NCBI RefSeq assembly: GCF_003367075.2
Contig: NZ_CP065936.1
Coordinates: 570,001-602,000, forward strand
Direction of reading: 5' to 3'
DNA from: Cylindrospermopsis raciborskii Cr2010
GTDB lineage: Bacteria; Cyanobacteriota; Cyanobacteriia; Cyanobacteriales; Nostocaceae
Length of the DNA: 32,000 nt
The position numbers and the translations under genes were made by a program. Of this stretch, positions 1 to 8,655 are shown in pieces (the first letter of the stretch is position 1; the number at the start of each line of letters is the position of its first letter). The notes beneath the pieces are model-generated. The model searched no databases and was not told the DNA's origin. It saw only the letters and a list, made by a program, of their open reading frames with translations.

Positions 1-565
1 TACTAACGGTTTTAGCTGTTAATGCAGGTCCACCGTTCACATTAGCCGAGTTAATCTTCTTTGTGCCAACCCCTTCAATTTCGGCGCGGGTATCCCTTGG
101 AATAGAAAGCATGACAATTTTTTTGGTCTGGGGGTCAAATTTGAGCAGGAGCATCACATCTGAAAGACCGTCAAAAGAGTTAAGTTGGGGTAAATAACCC
201 AAATTCTTGGTGTGGTCAGGTGGGTTTTGTATGTCGGGGGGTAGTACGCTCATACCCATGACCAAAATATTCACAGGGCGAGTTAACTGAGAAAATTGCC
301 AACCATTACCAGAAATGGGATTTCTGGCAAAAACCGAAGCCTGCTCTGGGGTGAGGTTGGCTTGCTGTAAGGGGGTGCTATCAGAAACAGCTAATAGGGC
401 TCCAGCTAACCCCGATAGCACTGCAATTCCCCCCATTCCTATCACAAATAATAACCAGCGCCCGGATTTTGACCTCCTGGGTTTTTTATTTCTGGATTTA
501 CTTCTGACTGGTTTGTTACCCGCTGCTGATGTTCTTTGACTACTCACAGATTTCCTCACACTCAT
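1..565 (-). CDS. LytR-CpsA-Psr (LCP) family protein, partial (C-terminal part lies beyond the window edge)
   Basis: Reverse-strand reading from ATG at 565 gives MSVRKSVSSQRTSAAGNKPVRSKSRNKKPRRSKSGRWLLFVIGMGGIAVLSG...RPVNILVMGMSVL...FDGLSDVMLLLKFDPQTKKIVMLSIPRDTRAEIEGVGTKKINSANVNGGPALTAKTVS: basic N-terminus, one TM helix, and LCP motifs (NILVMG, SDVMLLL, SIPRDTR, KINSAN.NGGP). Open at the edge, so absent from the ORF track. Confidence 0.88.
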   Translation of the reverse strand, partial: MSVRKSVSSQRTSAAGNKPVRSKSRNKKPRRSKSGRWLLFVIGMGGIAVLSGLAGALLAVSDSTPLQQANLTPEQASVFARNPISGNGWQFSQLTRPVNILVMGMSVLPPDIQNPPDHTKNLGYLPQLNSFDGLSDVMLLLKFDPQTKKIVMLSIPRDTRAEIEGVGTKKINSANVNGGPALTAKTVS

Positions 566-819
566 GGATAAAACAATGTACCTTTTTTCTTTATGTTATT
601 AAATATATTAACTTCTACTTGATATGACCCCCGGTCTAAAGACACGGGGACTTACCACAAACCCAAAACAGGCCGTCTTGATTACTAAAAAGAACTTTCA
701 TGCCATTCTCCGGATTTATGAGCAATCCGGAAAGGTTGATGGTGGCCCCACAGTAATCAATGCAATTTGATTATATTGACGAGAGTATAACCTATTAAGT
801 TTCTTAATAAATCCAATCT

Positions 820-912
820 TTAGATGGACGTAGGTTGGGTTGAAGTATGAAACCCAACGCCACGGGTCTCCTTACTCGACCCATCCTACAAATAATTGTG
901 CCTCCCTACTTA
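820..912 (+). repeat. MITE-like repeat copy 1 (left end degraded)
   Basis: agatggacgtaggttgggttgaagtatgaaacccaacgcc...tactcgacccatcctacaaataattgtgcctccctact|ta; strong match to copies at 1060-1179 and 18448-18567. Confidence 0.7.
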
Positions 913-1059
913 CTTTAGGTAAATTCTTAGTTTCTTAGTTAGATATAGCTTTATTTAGGCTATACAAGGGGTTAATAGGTAAAAGCGAGGGGTTGGCAGT
1001 TGAACCACCTGGAATTGTCAAGGATACGGCAAATCGACTATGATAGTTACTTACCACCA

Positions 1060-1179
1060 TAAGTGGGTGAGTGGAATTAAATATAAGATGAACGTAGGAC
1101 GGGTTGAAGTATGAAACCCAACGCCCGCATGGGTTTCGTTCCTCAACCCATCCTAGAAATAATTTTGCCTCCCCACTTA
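1060..1179 (+). repeat. MITE-like repeat copy 2
   Basis: ta|agtgggtgagtggaattaaatataagatgaacgtagg...gcccgcatgggtttcgttcctcaacccatcctagaaataattttgcctccccact|ta; terminal inverted repeat agtggg/cccact flanked by TA. Confidence 0.78.
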
Positions 1180-1267
1180 TTTTTGAATAATGGTTTTTAA
1201 GTCATAGGTTTTTCCTAATCTGTAACTTGTCTCCGGTCATCTTCATTTTTACCCCAATCAACCCAAA

Positions 1268-2443
1268 ATGCACACGAGAAAGCTACTAGAATGGTGGCAA
1301 AGATTTACACCATTGTCCCGTATCGGGGCGATCGCTCTATTTGCTCCCCTATTGGTGATCAATGGTTGGGCTTTGTCCTCAATTTTCAATTATTTCCATT
1401 CATTGATAGTAATTTTGGTAGGAGCTTCAGTCCTGGCATTTTTGCTTAACTATCCACTTATCTGGATGGAAAAACAGGGTGCTAAAAGGGAACAAGTGGC
1501 CATACTAGTATTTTTGATAGCCTTATCAATTCTCCTAGCATTGGGTGTGACCCTATTTCCCTTAGCTTTGACCCAGGCTAGACAATTAGTAAACCGCTTA
1601 CCAGAATGGATAGATTCCGGGCGATCGCAATTAATGATCTTAAATGAGAAAGCGGAGATGATGGGTTTACCAATCAATCTTGATGCCATTGTGGTGCAAA
1701 TTAATGATCGTGTCAAGAGTCAACTACAGGCAATTACCGCTCAGGTTTTAAACTTAGCTGTGGTGACTGTGACCAGTCTATTAGACTTTCTGCTAACTAT
1801 GGTTTTAACCTTTTATCTGTTGCAACATGGGGGTGAACTTTGGCAAAGCTTAGTAGAATGGTTACCGAGTAAATTTCGGGAACCATTTTCTCGAACAGTC
1901 CGATTGAGCTTCCAGAACTTTTTCATCACCCAACTGATTTTATCCACATGTATGGCCTCAGCCCTAATTCCCTCATTTTTGTGGTTAAAAGTTCCCTATG
2001 GACTGTTATTTGGTTTGACCATCGGGATTATGGCATTAATTCCCTTTGGTGGTTCCGTAGGTATTGCCATCACCACCCTATTAGTTTCCCTCCAGGATAT
2101 TTCCATGGGGGTGAGGGTATTAGCAGCAGCTGTGATAGTTCAACAGATTTTGGAAAACATCCTCGCTCCCCGTATCCTAGGTAACTTTACTGGGCTAAAT
2201 CCTGTATGGGTATTGATTTCAGTGCTTACTGGAGCCAGAGTTGGAGGTTTGTTAGGGGTAATAGTTGCTGTTCCCTTTGCGGTAGTAATTAAAACCATTA
2301 TTGGAGTGATTCGTTCTCCCATGGTGATTGACCAGACAAATCAGCAGTTGGATGAGACAGGTGAGCAAGGTTTAGCACCTGTAGAAAATAACTTACCCAT
2401 GACCAGCTTGGTTAATCATCCTCATATTCAGCCCAAGAATTAG
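1268..2443 (+). CDS. AI-2E family transporter (PerM-like)
   Basis: 391 aa polytopic membrane protein; ALIPFGGSVGIAITTLLVSLQD, VVQQILENILAPRILGNFTGLNPVWVLISVLTGARVGGLLGVIVAVPFAVVIK is typical of the family. Confidence 0.9.
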   Translation: MHTRKLLEWWQRFTPLSRIGAIALFAPLLVINGWALSSIFNYFHSLIVILVGASVLAFLLNYPLIWMEKQGAKREQVAILVFLIALSILLALGVTLFPLALTQARQLVNRLPEWIDSGRSQLMILNEKAEMMGLPINLDAIVVQINDRVKSQLQAITAQVLNLAVVTVTSLLDFLLTMVLTFYLLQHGGELWQSLVEWLPSKFREPFSRTVRLSFQNFFITQLILSTCMASALIPSFLWLKVPYGLLFGLTIGIMALIPFGGSVGIAITTLLVSLQDISMGVRVLAAAVIVQQILENILAPRILGNFTGLNPVWVLISVLTGARVGGLLGVIVAVPFAVVIKTIIGVIRSPMVIDQTNQQLDETGEQGLAPVENNLPMTSLVNHPHIQPKN

Positions 2444-2801
2444 GTGTTTCCGACACTGCTACCTTGAGTTTCACCCCCGTTGGCAAGCGTCTTTTAGTTT
2501 CATCATAAATATATTTAGCAATCATTTCCGCAGTTGTTTCGTACTCAGGTGGTAAAACCTCATTTAGCACACAGTGATCTAAACCTCCCTGGGTAACATC
2601 CTTTTTAGCCCAGCGTAAACTTTTAAAATCAGCCACCATAACGGGATGGGGACAGTATTCTGAGCTATGGAGTTGTGATGATGTGACCTCCATTTTCACT
2701 CTATAAGTGTGACCGTGCATTCTCCCACAGGGTCCTTTATAATCTTTGATGTAGTGGGCACTGTCAAATGTAAATTCCGTAGATAATTTCCATCTGGGCA
2801 T
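2412..2801 (-). CDS. queD: 6-carboxytetrahydropterin synthase family protein (QueD-like)
   Basis: 129 aa; FTFDSAHYI...GPCGRMHGHTYRVKMEV (Cys-x3-HGH), MVADFKSL, LDHCVLNEV, ETPNSWAEYEDD. Confidence 0.88.
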   Translation of the reverse strand: MPRWKLSTEFTFDSAHYIKDYKGPCGRMHGHTYRVKMEVTSSQLHSSEYCPHPVMVADFKSLRWAKKDVTQGGLDHCVLNEVLPPEYETTAEMIAKYIYDETKRRLPTGVKLKVAVSETPNSWAEYEDD

Positions 2802-2886
2802 TGATTTGGCTTCCTTATTTATTACAAAGTTTATTACAACGGGAAACTAAAGAATTAACTATAACAACGAGCTAGTAATTAAATGT

Positions 2887-3108
2887 ATGAGTAGATCAAA
2901 AATTATCGCAATTCTTACAGGCGCAATTTCTATCCTTTTAGCTATAGCTTACCTAATTGTAGTCCAGATTCTGGACTATCGGGATATGAAACCCGCTCCC
3001 ACGGGGGAATTAACAATGCCAATAGCTACTCAAATGAGGTTCAATAATGGGGGTAGTCAGAACCTCAAGCAAAAATCAATGTTTATCATTGGAGAAACCA
3101 ATATATAG
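2887..3108 (+). CDS. small conserved-type single-TM protein of unknown function
   Basis: 73 aa ORF MSRSKIIAILTGAISILLAIAYLIVVQILDYRDMKPAPTG...; one strong N-terminal TM helix; not overlapped by a better ORF. Confidence 0.6.
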   Translation: MSRSKIIAILTGAISILLAIAYLIVVQILDYRDMKPAPTGELTMPIATQMRFNNGGSQNLKQKSMFIIGETNI

Positions 3109-3303
3109 AGCTATAAGAATAAGTTACATAAGATATCGCATATTGATCTACCTGGGTAATTCCCTTTTGCCAAACATAACGGTAAACTGAATCTAACGAT
3201 AACAAAAGATAAACTCGTATTGTTTTTAGCTTGAGATCATTAGGGATCAACGCCTTTTTGTCTTCTAAGAATAATACTGTCGGTAAATATAGAGGTTAAA
3301 TAC

Positions 3304-5163
3304 ATGTCCCAATACTTGCTAGAAACCGTTTGGTTGGTTCCTGGCTATGCTTTATTAGGTGGTCTTTTGGCATTACCCTGGTCTCCGGGGATAATTAAAC
3401 GCACAGGACCAAGACCAGCTGGTTATGTCAATTTAATAACAACATTTTTGGCCTTTTTACATTCAGCAATTGCTTTTACAGCCACTTGGAACCATCCAGC
3501 TAAAGAAGTCTTCATTCCATGGCTATCTACCGCTGGGTTAAACCTAACCATTAATCTGGAACTATCTTCAATTACGGTTGGTGCCCTAGTTGTAATCACC
3601 GGATTAAACTTTCTTGCCCAGGTTTATGCTGTGGGCTATATGGAAATGGACTGGGGATGGGGACGCTTTTACTCCCTGTTAGGATTTTTTGAAGCCGGGT
3701 TATGTGCATTAGTTCTGTGCAATAACCTATTCTTCAGTTACGTGGTTTTAGAAATCCTGACCCTGGGAACCTACCTATTAGTAGGTTTATGGTTTAGTCA
3801 ACCCCTGGTGGTAACTGGTGCAAGAGATGCTTTCTTAACCAAACGGGTAGGTGACCTATTCCTGTTGATGGGAGTTCTAGGACTATGGACATTAGCAGGA
3901 ACTTGGGATTACCAAGATCTAGCCACCTGGGCACAGACAGCTAAAGTAGACCCCACCATTATCACCTTAGTTTGTTTAGCTCTAATCGCTGGACCCATGG
4001 GTAAATGCGCTCAGTTCCCCCTTCACCTATGGTTAGACGAAGCTATGGAAGGACCTATTCCCAGTACCATACTCCGGAACTCCGTAGTAGTTGCCAGTGG
4101 AGCTTGGGTTCTAATCCAACTCCAACCCGTATTTAGCTTATCACCAATAGCTTCCACCACCATGATTGCCATTGGTGCAGTTACAGCAGTGGGTGGTTCC
4201 CTAATTGCGATCGCTCAAATTGACATTAAACGTTGTTTATCCTATTCAGTTAGTACCTATATGGGACTAGTTTTTATTGCAGTAGGTACTCAGCAAGACG
4301 AAGCTGCCTTACTACTAGTCCTCACCCATGCTTTATCCGCAGCATTATTAGTAATGAGTACGGGGGGAATAGTTTGGAATAGCGTTACCCAAGATGTAAC
4401 TCAACTGGGTGGTTTATGGTCACGGCGTCCAATTTCCGGTTTAGCATTCATTGTCGGAACTTTAGGTTTAATAGCTTTTCCTCCCCTGGGTAGTTTTTGG
4501 GCCCTTCTGAAATTGGCCGATGGGATATGGGCAAATCACCCTTGGTTAGTGGGAATTATTATTGCAGTAAACGCCCTAACAGCTTTTAGTTTAACCAGAG
4601 AATTTGGTTTAATATTTGGTGGTAAACCCAAACAAATGAGTGAACGTTCACCAGAAGCCATTTGGTTGATGGTTTTACCCATGATGGTATTATTTGGTCT
4701 GGTTTTACATTTACCACTAATCTTGCAAAGTTTATCCTTACTACCCAGTTGGACCGCATTACAAAAAGATGTGGCACTGCTGTTAATTTGGTCTAGCATT
4801 TTTGGTGTCAGTATTAGTGCTGTCATTTACTTGGGTAACATTCCCAAACCAATTGCCTTACCCTGGAAAGGCCTACAGAACCTGTTAGCTTATGACTTTT
4901 ACACCCCCAAACTCTATAAAGTTACCATCATTTTTGGAGTTGCCCAGCTTTCTAAACTAGCTGACATTGTAGATAGATTTGTGGTTGATGGGATAGTGAA
5001 TTTCGTGGGTTTATTCTCCCTTTTAGGAGGAGAAAGTTTGAAGTACAGCAACAGTGGACAAACCCAATTTTATGCCTTCACCGTCTTAGTTGGTGTTGCT
5101 GTTTTAGGAGCTTGGGCAACCTGGCCTTTTTGGAGTGTTCAATTTATGAATCTAGTTTTTTAA
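3304..5163 (+). CDS. ndhF3: NAD(P)H-quinone oxidoreductase subunit 5, NdhF3-type (NDH-1MS, inducible CO2 uptake)
   Basis: 619 aa; GLCALVLCNNLFFSYVVLEILTLGTYLLVGLWF, KCAQFPLHLWLDEAMEGPIPSTILRNSVVVASGAWVLIQ; position immediately before NdhD and the CupA-type protein. Confidence 0.87.
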   Translation: MSQYLLETVWLVPGYALLGGLLALPWSPGIIKRTGPRPAGYVNLITTFLAFLHSAIAFTATWNHPAKEVFIPWLSTAGLNLTINLELSSITVGALVVITGLNFLAQVYAVGYMEMDWGWGRFYSLLGFFEAGLCALVLCNNLFFSYVVLEILTLGTYLLVGLWFSQPLVVTGARDAFLTKRVGDLFLLMGVLGLWTLAGTWDYQDLATWAQTAKVDPTIITLVCLALIAGPMGKCAQFPLHLWLDEAMEGPIPSTILRNSVVVASGAWVLIQLQPVFSLSPIASTTMIAIGAVTAVGGSLIAIAQIDIKRCLSYSVSTYMGLVFIAVGTQQDEAALLLVLTHALSAALLVMSTGGIVWNSVTQDVTQLGGLWSRRPISGLAFIVGTLGLIAFPPLGSFWALLKLADGIWANHPWLVGIIIAVNALTAFSLTREFGLIFGGKPKQMSERSPEAIWLMVLPMMVLFGLVLHLPLILQSLSLLPSWTALQKDVALLLIWSSIFGVSISAVIYLGNIPKPIALPWKGLQNLLAYDFYTPKLYKVTIIFGVAQLSKLADIVDRFVVDGIVNFVGLFSLLGGESLKYSNSGQTQFYAFTVLVGVAVLGAWATWPFWSVQFMNLVF

Positions 5164-5224
5164 AAACCCGGATGACCAGTTTATAACCCATTTTTTAAAC
5201 TCATATCCTACCCATCATTAAACT

Positions 5225-6739
5225 ATGTTGAGCGTTTTAATTTGGTTACCCATCATTGGTGCTGCCATTATCAGTATCCTACCCGATACAATCATCCCTA
5301 AAAATAGGGTTCGACTAGTATCGTTAACTATTGCGTTTCTAGTTCTGCTATGGAACGCATTTATCCTGCTGAAATTCGACATCACCAATCCGGGAATGCA
5401 GTTTTCAGAATATCTACCTTGGAATGAAACCTTGGGTCTAGCTTATCAACTAGGTGTTGATGGACTATCAATCCTCATGTTGATATTGAACAGCTTGTTA
5501 ACCTGGATTGCAATCTATAGCAGTAGCGAAAATACCGAACGTCCTAAACTTTTCTACTCCCTGGTTTTATTAGTTTCCGGTGGAGTTGCTGGTGCATTCC
5601 TAGCTCAAAACCTATTACTGTTCTTCCTGTTCTACGAACTGGAACTAATTCCCTTTTACCTATTAATTTCTATATGGGGGGGTAACAAACGAGCTTATGC
5701 TGGAATGAAATTCCTGATTTACACAGCAGTATCAGGAGCGTTAATTTTAGCCACCTTCTTAGGAATAGTCTGGTTAAGTGGTTCCCACAGTTTTACCCTA
5801 GATGCTGTGAAGACTCAAAACCTTTCTACAACCATGCAGATAGTTTTATTAGCAGGCATAATTTTAGGTTTTGGCATTAAAATTCCCCTAATTCCCTTTC
5901 ACACCTGGTTACCAGATGCTTACGTGGAAGCATCTGCTCCCATTGCTATTTTACTGGGTGGAATCCTAGCGAAATTGGGAACCTACGGACTGTTAAGATT
6001 TGGATTTGGCTTATTTCCCCAAGCATGGAATGTGGTAGCACCCACATTAGCAATATGGGGAGCTATTAGCGCCATTTATGGAGCAGTAGTAGCCATTTCT
6101 CAAAAAGATATCAAGCGGATGGTAGCTTATAGTTCCATCGGTCACATGGGTTATATTTTGCTTGCAGCTGCTTCTGGGACTAAACTAGCTTTAGTGGGTG
6201 CGGTGGCACAAATGTTTAGTCATGGTCTAATATTAGCCATTCTCTTCCATTTAGTAGGAATTATCGAAGCGAAAGTTGGTACTAGAGAACTAGATAAACT
6301 GAATGGTTTGATGAGTCCAATTCGGGGACTACCCATTGTCAGTGCATTACTTGTTCTAGGGGGTATGGCCAGCGCTGGTATTCCTGGTTTAACGGGGTTT
6401 ATTGCGGAGTTTATTGTTTTCCAAGGAAGTTTTTCTAGCTTCCCCATACCCACACTCCTATGTGTTGCATCCTCTGGTTTAACAGCGGTTTACTTTGTGA
6501 TTCTACTCAACCGCACCTGTTTTGGTAAACTTAATAATGATCTTGCCTATTATCCCAAAGTAGTATGGGCAGAAAAAATACCTGCTCTAGTACTAGCTGG
6601 ACTAATTATCTTTTTAGGAGTGCAACCAACTTGGTTAGTGCGTTGGAATGAAACTACAACTTCTGCCATGGTAGGTGCCATTCCCACAGCGGGGAAAATC
6701 ATTATTTCCCAAGTAGAAACAAATCAGCATCAGCAGTAA
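5225..6739 (+). CDS. ndhD3: NAD(P)H-quinone oxidoreductase subunit 4, NdhD3-type
   Basis: 504 aa; ENLLLFFLFYELELIPFYLLISIWGG, IKIPLIPFHTWLPDAYVEASAPIAILLGGILAKLGTYGLLRFG, MVAYSSIGHMGYILLAAASG. Confidence 0.88.
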   Translation: MLSVLIWLPIIGAAIISILPDTIIPKNRVRLVSLTIAFLVLLWNAFILLKFDITNPGMQFSEYLPWNETLGLAYQLGVDGLSILMLILNSLLTWIAIYSSSENTERPKLFYSLVLLVSGGVAGAFLAQNLLLFFLFYELELIPFYLLISIWGGNKRAYAGMKFLIYTAVSGALILATFLGIVWLSGSHSFTLDAVKTQNLSTTMQIVLLAGIILGFGIKIPLIPFHTWLPDAYVEASAPIAILLGGILAKLGTYGLLRFGFGLFPQAWNVVAPTLAIWGAISAIYGAVVAISQKDIKRMVAYSSIGHMGYILLAAASGTKLALVGAVAQMFSHGLILAILFHLVGIIEAKVGTRELDKLNGLMSPIRGLPIVSALLVLGGMASAGIPGLTGFIAEFIVFQGSFSSFPIPTLLCVASSGLTAVYFVILLNRTCFGKLNNDLAYYPKVVWAEKIPALVLAGLIIFLGVQPTWLVRWNETTTSAMVGAIPTAGKIIISQVETNQHQQ

Positions 6740-6778
6740 ACTAAACACTAATAATCCAGTTAAATCCAATTAACCAAC

Positions 6779-8101
6779 ATGGTACAAACAGTCCCCAAAC
6801 CCACCAGTAAACTACCACCATCAACCCATGAATTTGCGGATATCATTCATCGGTTAGAAGCTGGTGGTTCCATGCTACCAGATACACCAGAAAACCTCAT
6901 GCAAATCATTGGCATTTATAAAGCATACGCTGTGCCAATGGACTTCTATTGGAGAGATTTGCTATACATTGGTGAAAGAGTCTTTTTAAATCCCCTTCCT
7001 GCTTTTAAATACTTCCTACCGCAAGAATACTTAGACCTACATAATCATTATGCTGGAGACGATGCGGATTTAAGAATTTGGCGAGGTGAAGCGACAGCAC
7101 ATCCGGAACTTTTGGCATTCATGGAAAAGGGTGAAACCGGGAAAATACCCAAACTATTCCACCATTTACTCCATGACAGAATCAACATGGAATTTGCGGA
7201 AGCTTGTATGCAAGCCATGCTTTGGCATCGTAAAATGTATGCTCCCGTAAACCAATTTGATGCCTATTTAGACTCAGAAGAATATAAAGCTAATGCTGAC
7301 CAAGCCATCAAAGCCTACTTTCGGAAAAACCTCCCCATGTTGGCACTTTATAAACTGTTCCCAGACATGTTTTTAGAACAGTGTCGGATGATGTCTTACT
7401 ATGCCAACTTAGGACTGTTTTGGGAAGTAATGGCACCCGTATTTTTTGAAATGTCAGATATTTATGATGAAGGGGGTTTCTCCGGTGTTCCCGATGCCAT
7501 GAATTTTCTGATAAATGGCATTTTTGCCATTGCTGGTCGTCCCATTTATCATCATGTTTACGTTGATGGCAAATGTTATGAAGTTATCCCCAAATCCAAA
7601 GGTTTCACTTGGTTATATGAAGGAGCTCTACCCTATGTAGAAGCTGTGTTTTACCGCACTGCACCATTTAGAGGAACAAAATCATATAACGCTCAAGCTG
7701 GACAAGTGCCAAATGACCAAAAAGACTTTCACTATGGTATTCTCTATGCTGATGTATTCCCCGTAGGAACTGCGGGTATTCCCCCCACCTTGCTGATGCA
7801 GGATATGCTGCATTTCCTCCCCCCCTACTTGGTAGATTACTATAAACAACATTGTCGAGGTGAGGATGATATGTTGATTCAGTTGGGAATTACCTTCCAG
7901 CGTTCCATGTACAATGTCACATCTGCTGTAATTCAAGCATTGAGAACAGCTCTTTTATATCCACTGGATGACACCAACCCTCGTCACTTGCAGGCAAATC
8001 GAGACTTCTTTGAATCCCAACTAAACCGTTTTACCCGTGTCGAATATGGAATGCGAGATGCAGCTAAATTGCGAAGCATTCAGAGTCCGAACTACAGATG
8101 A
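6779..8101 (+). CDS. cupA: CO2 hydration protein, CupA/ChpY-type
   Basis: 440 aa; IIHRLEAGGSMLPDTPENLMQIIGIYKAYAVPMDFYWRDLLYIGERVFLNPLPAFKYFLPQEYLDLHNHYAGDDADLRIWRGEATAHPELLAFMEKGE; adjacent to ndhF3/ndhD3. Confidence 0.88.
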   Translation: MVQTVPKPTSKLPPSTHEFADIIHRLEAGGSMLPDTPENLMQIIGIYKAYAVPMDFYWRDLLYIGERVFLNPLPAFKYFLPQEYLDLHNHYAGDDADLRIWRGEATAHPELLAFMEKGETGKIPKLFHHLLHDRINMEFAEACMQAMLWHRKMYAPVNQFDAYLDSEEYKANADQAIKAYFRKNLPMLALYKLFPDMFLEQCRMMSYYANLGLFWEVMAPVFFEMSDIYDEGGFSGVPDAMNFLINGIFAIAGRPIYHHVYVDGKCYEVIPKSKGFTWLYEGALPYVEAVFYRTAPFRGTKSYNAQAGQVPNDQKDFHYGILYADVFPVGTAGIPPTLLMQDMLHFLPPYLVDYYKQHCRGEDDMLIQLGITFQRSMYNVTSAVIQALRTALLYPLDDTNPRHLQANRDFFESQLNRFTRVEYGMRDAAKLRSIQSPNYR

Positions 8102-8110
8102 GAATAAAAC

Positions 8111-8130
8111 ACCGGGAATTGATTCCCGGT
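8111..8130 (+). terminator. strong hairpin just downstream of cupA (possible terminator; also start of the tandem repeat array)
   Basis: ACCGGGAAT-TG-ATTCCCGGT, perfect 9-nt arms about 10 nt after the cupA stop; followed by ctaaaa rather than a U tract. Confidence 0.4.
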
Positions 8131-8600
8131 CTAAAAGCGACTGGTTTTGTCCTGAGTAATCGTAAGTTGGGTTGAGGTACGAAACCCAACAAACCAACAG
8201 GATATATATAAATGCGATTGCTAAGCACTCCCTACGGGAGCTCCCTAGGGGATTAACCATAATTGTTTAAATTAACCCCTACCTGAAGACTGTCTGTTTG
8301 GGACACCCGGAATCAATTCCCGGTCTAAAAGCGACTGGTTTTGTCCTGAGTAATCGTAGGTTGGATTGAGGCACGAAACCCAACAAACCAACAGGATATA
8401 TATAAATGCGATTGCGAAGCACTCCCTACGGGAGCTCGCAAAACACTCTCTATGGGAGCTCCCCAGGGGATTAACCATAATTGTTTAAATTAACCCCTAC
8501 CTGGAGACTGTCTGTTGGGGAGACCGGGAATCAATTCCCAGTCTAAAACCGACTGGTTTTGTCGTGGGTAATCGTAAGTTGGGTTGATTAAACTCAACAC
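8111..8600. repeat. tandem repeat array: units offset by 194 bp, then 218 bp, third copy partial
   Basis: CCCGGTCTAAAAGCGACTGGTTTTGTCCTGAGTAATCG at about 8125 recurs at about 8319 and, diverged, at 8537. Intervening sequence also repeats (gaaacccaacaaaccaacaggatatatataaatgcgattgc; aggggattaaccataattgtttaaattaacccctacctg). The middle unit has a 24-bp internal addition. Confidence 0.85.
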
Positions 8601-8655
8601 CCCTAGACAAACCATGTTATATTAAACTAAACCGATTGAGTCAGTACCAAAGTGA

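Noticed and set aside
315-539. Plus-strand 74-aa ORF MGFLAKTEACSGVRLACC...
   Set aside because: It is antisense to the clearly recognisable LCP-family coding sequence at 1-565.
4536-4826. Antisense ORFs inside ndhF3, and similar nested ORFs at 1450, 1948, 2140, 6220, 7682, 10049, 10865, 12642, 14104, 15493, 16049, 17176, 20616, 23942, 25241, 26513, 27080, 27884, 28688, 29863, 30013, 30964 and 31345
   Set aside because: Each lies opposite or out of frame within a well-supported gene, and no domain-like sequence was recognised.
8021-8478. Two similar minus-strand ORFs (79 and 68 aa, MVNPLGSSRRECLAIAFIYILLVCWVSYLNPTYDYSGQNQS...)
   Set aside because: They are translations of the two tandem non-coding repeat units, and the first also runs antisense into the cupA 3' end. 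Similarity is explained by DNA duplication, not protein selection.
8111-8600. Possible CRISPR array because of regularly spaced repeats
   Set aside because: Units are about 200 bp and repeat over their entire length, with no short repeat / unique spacer pattern and no cas genes nearby.
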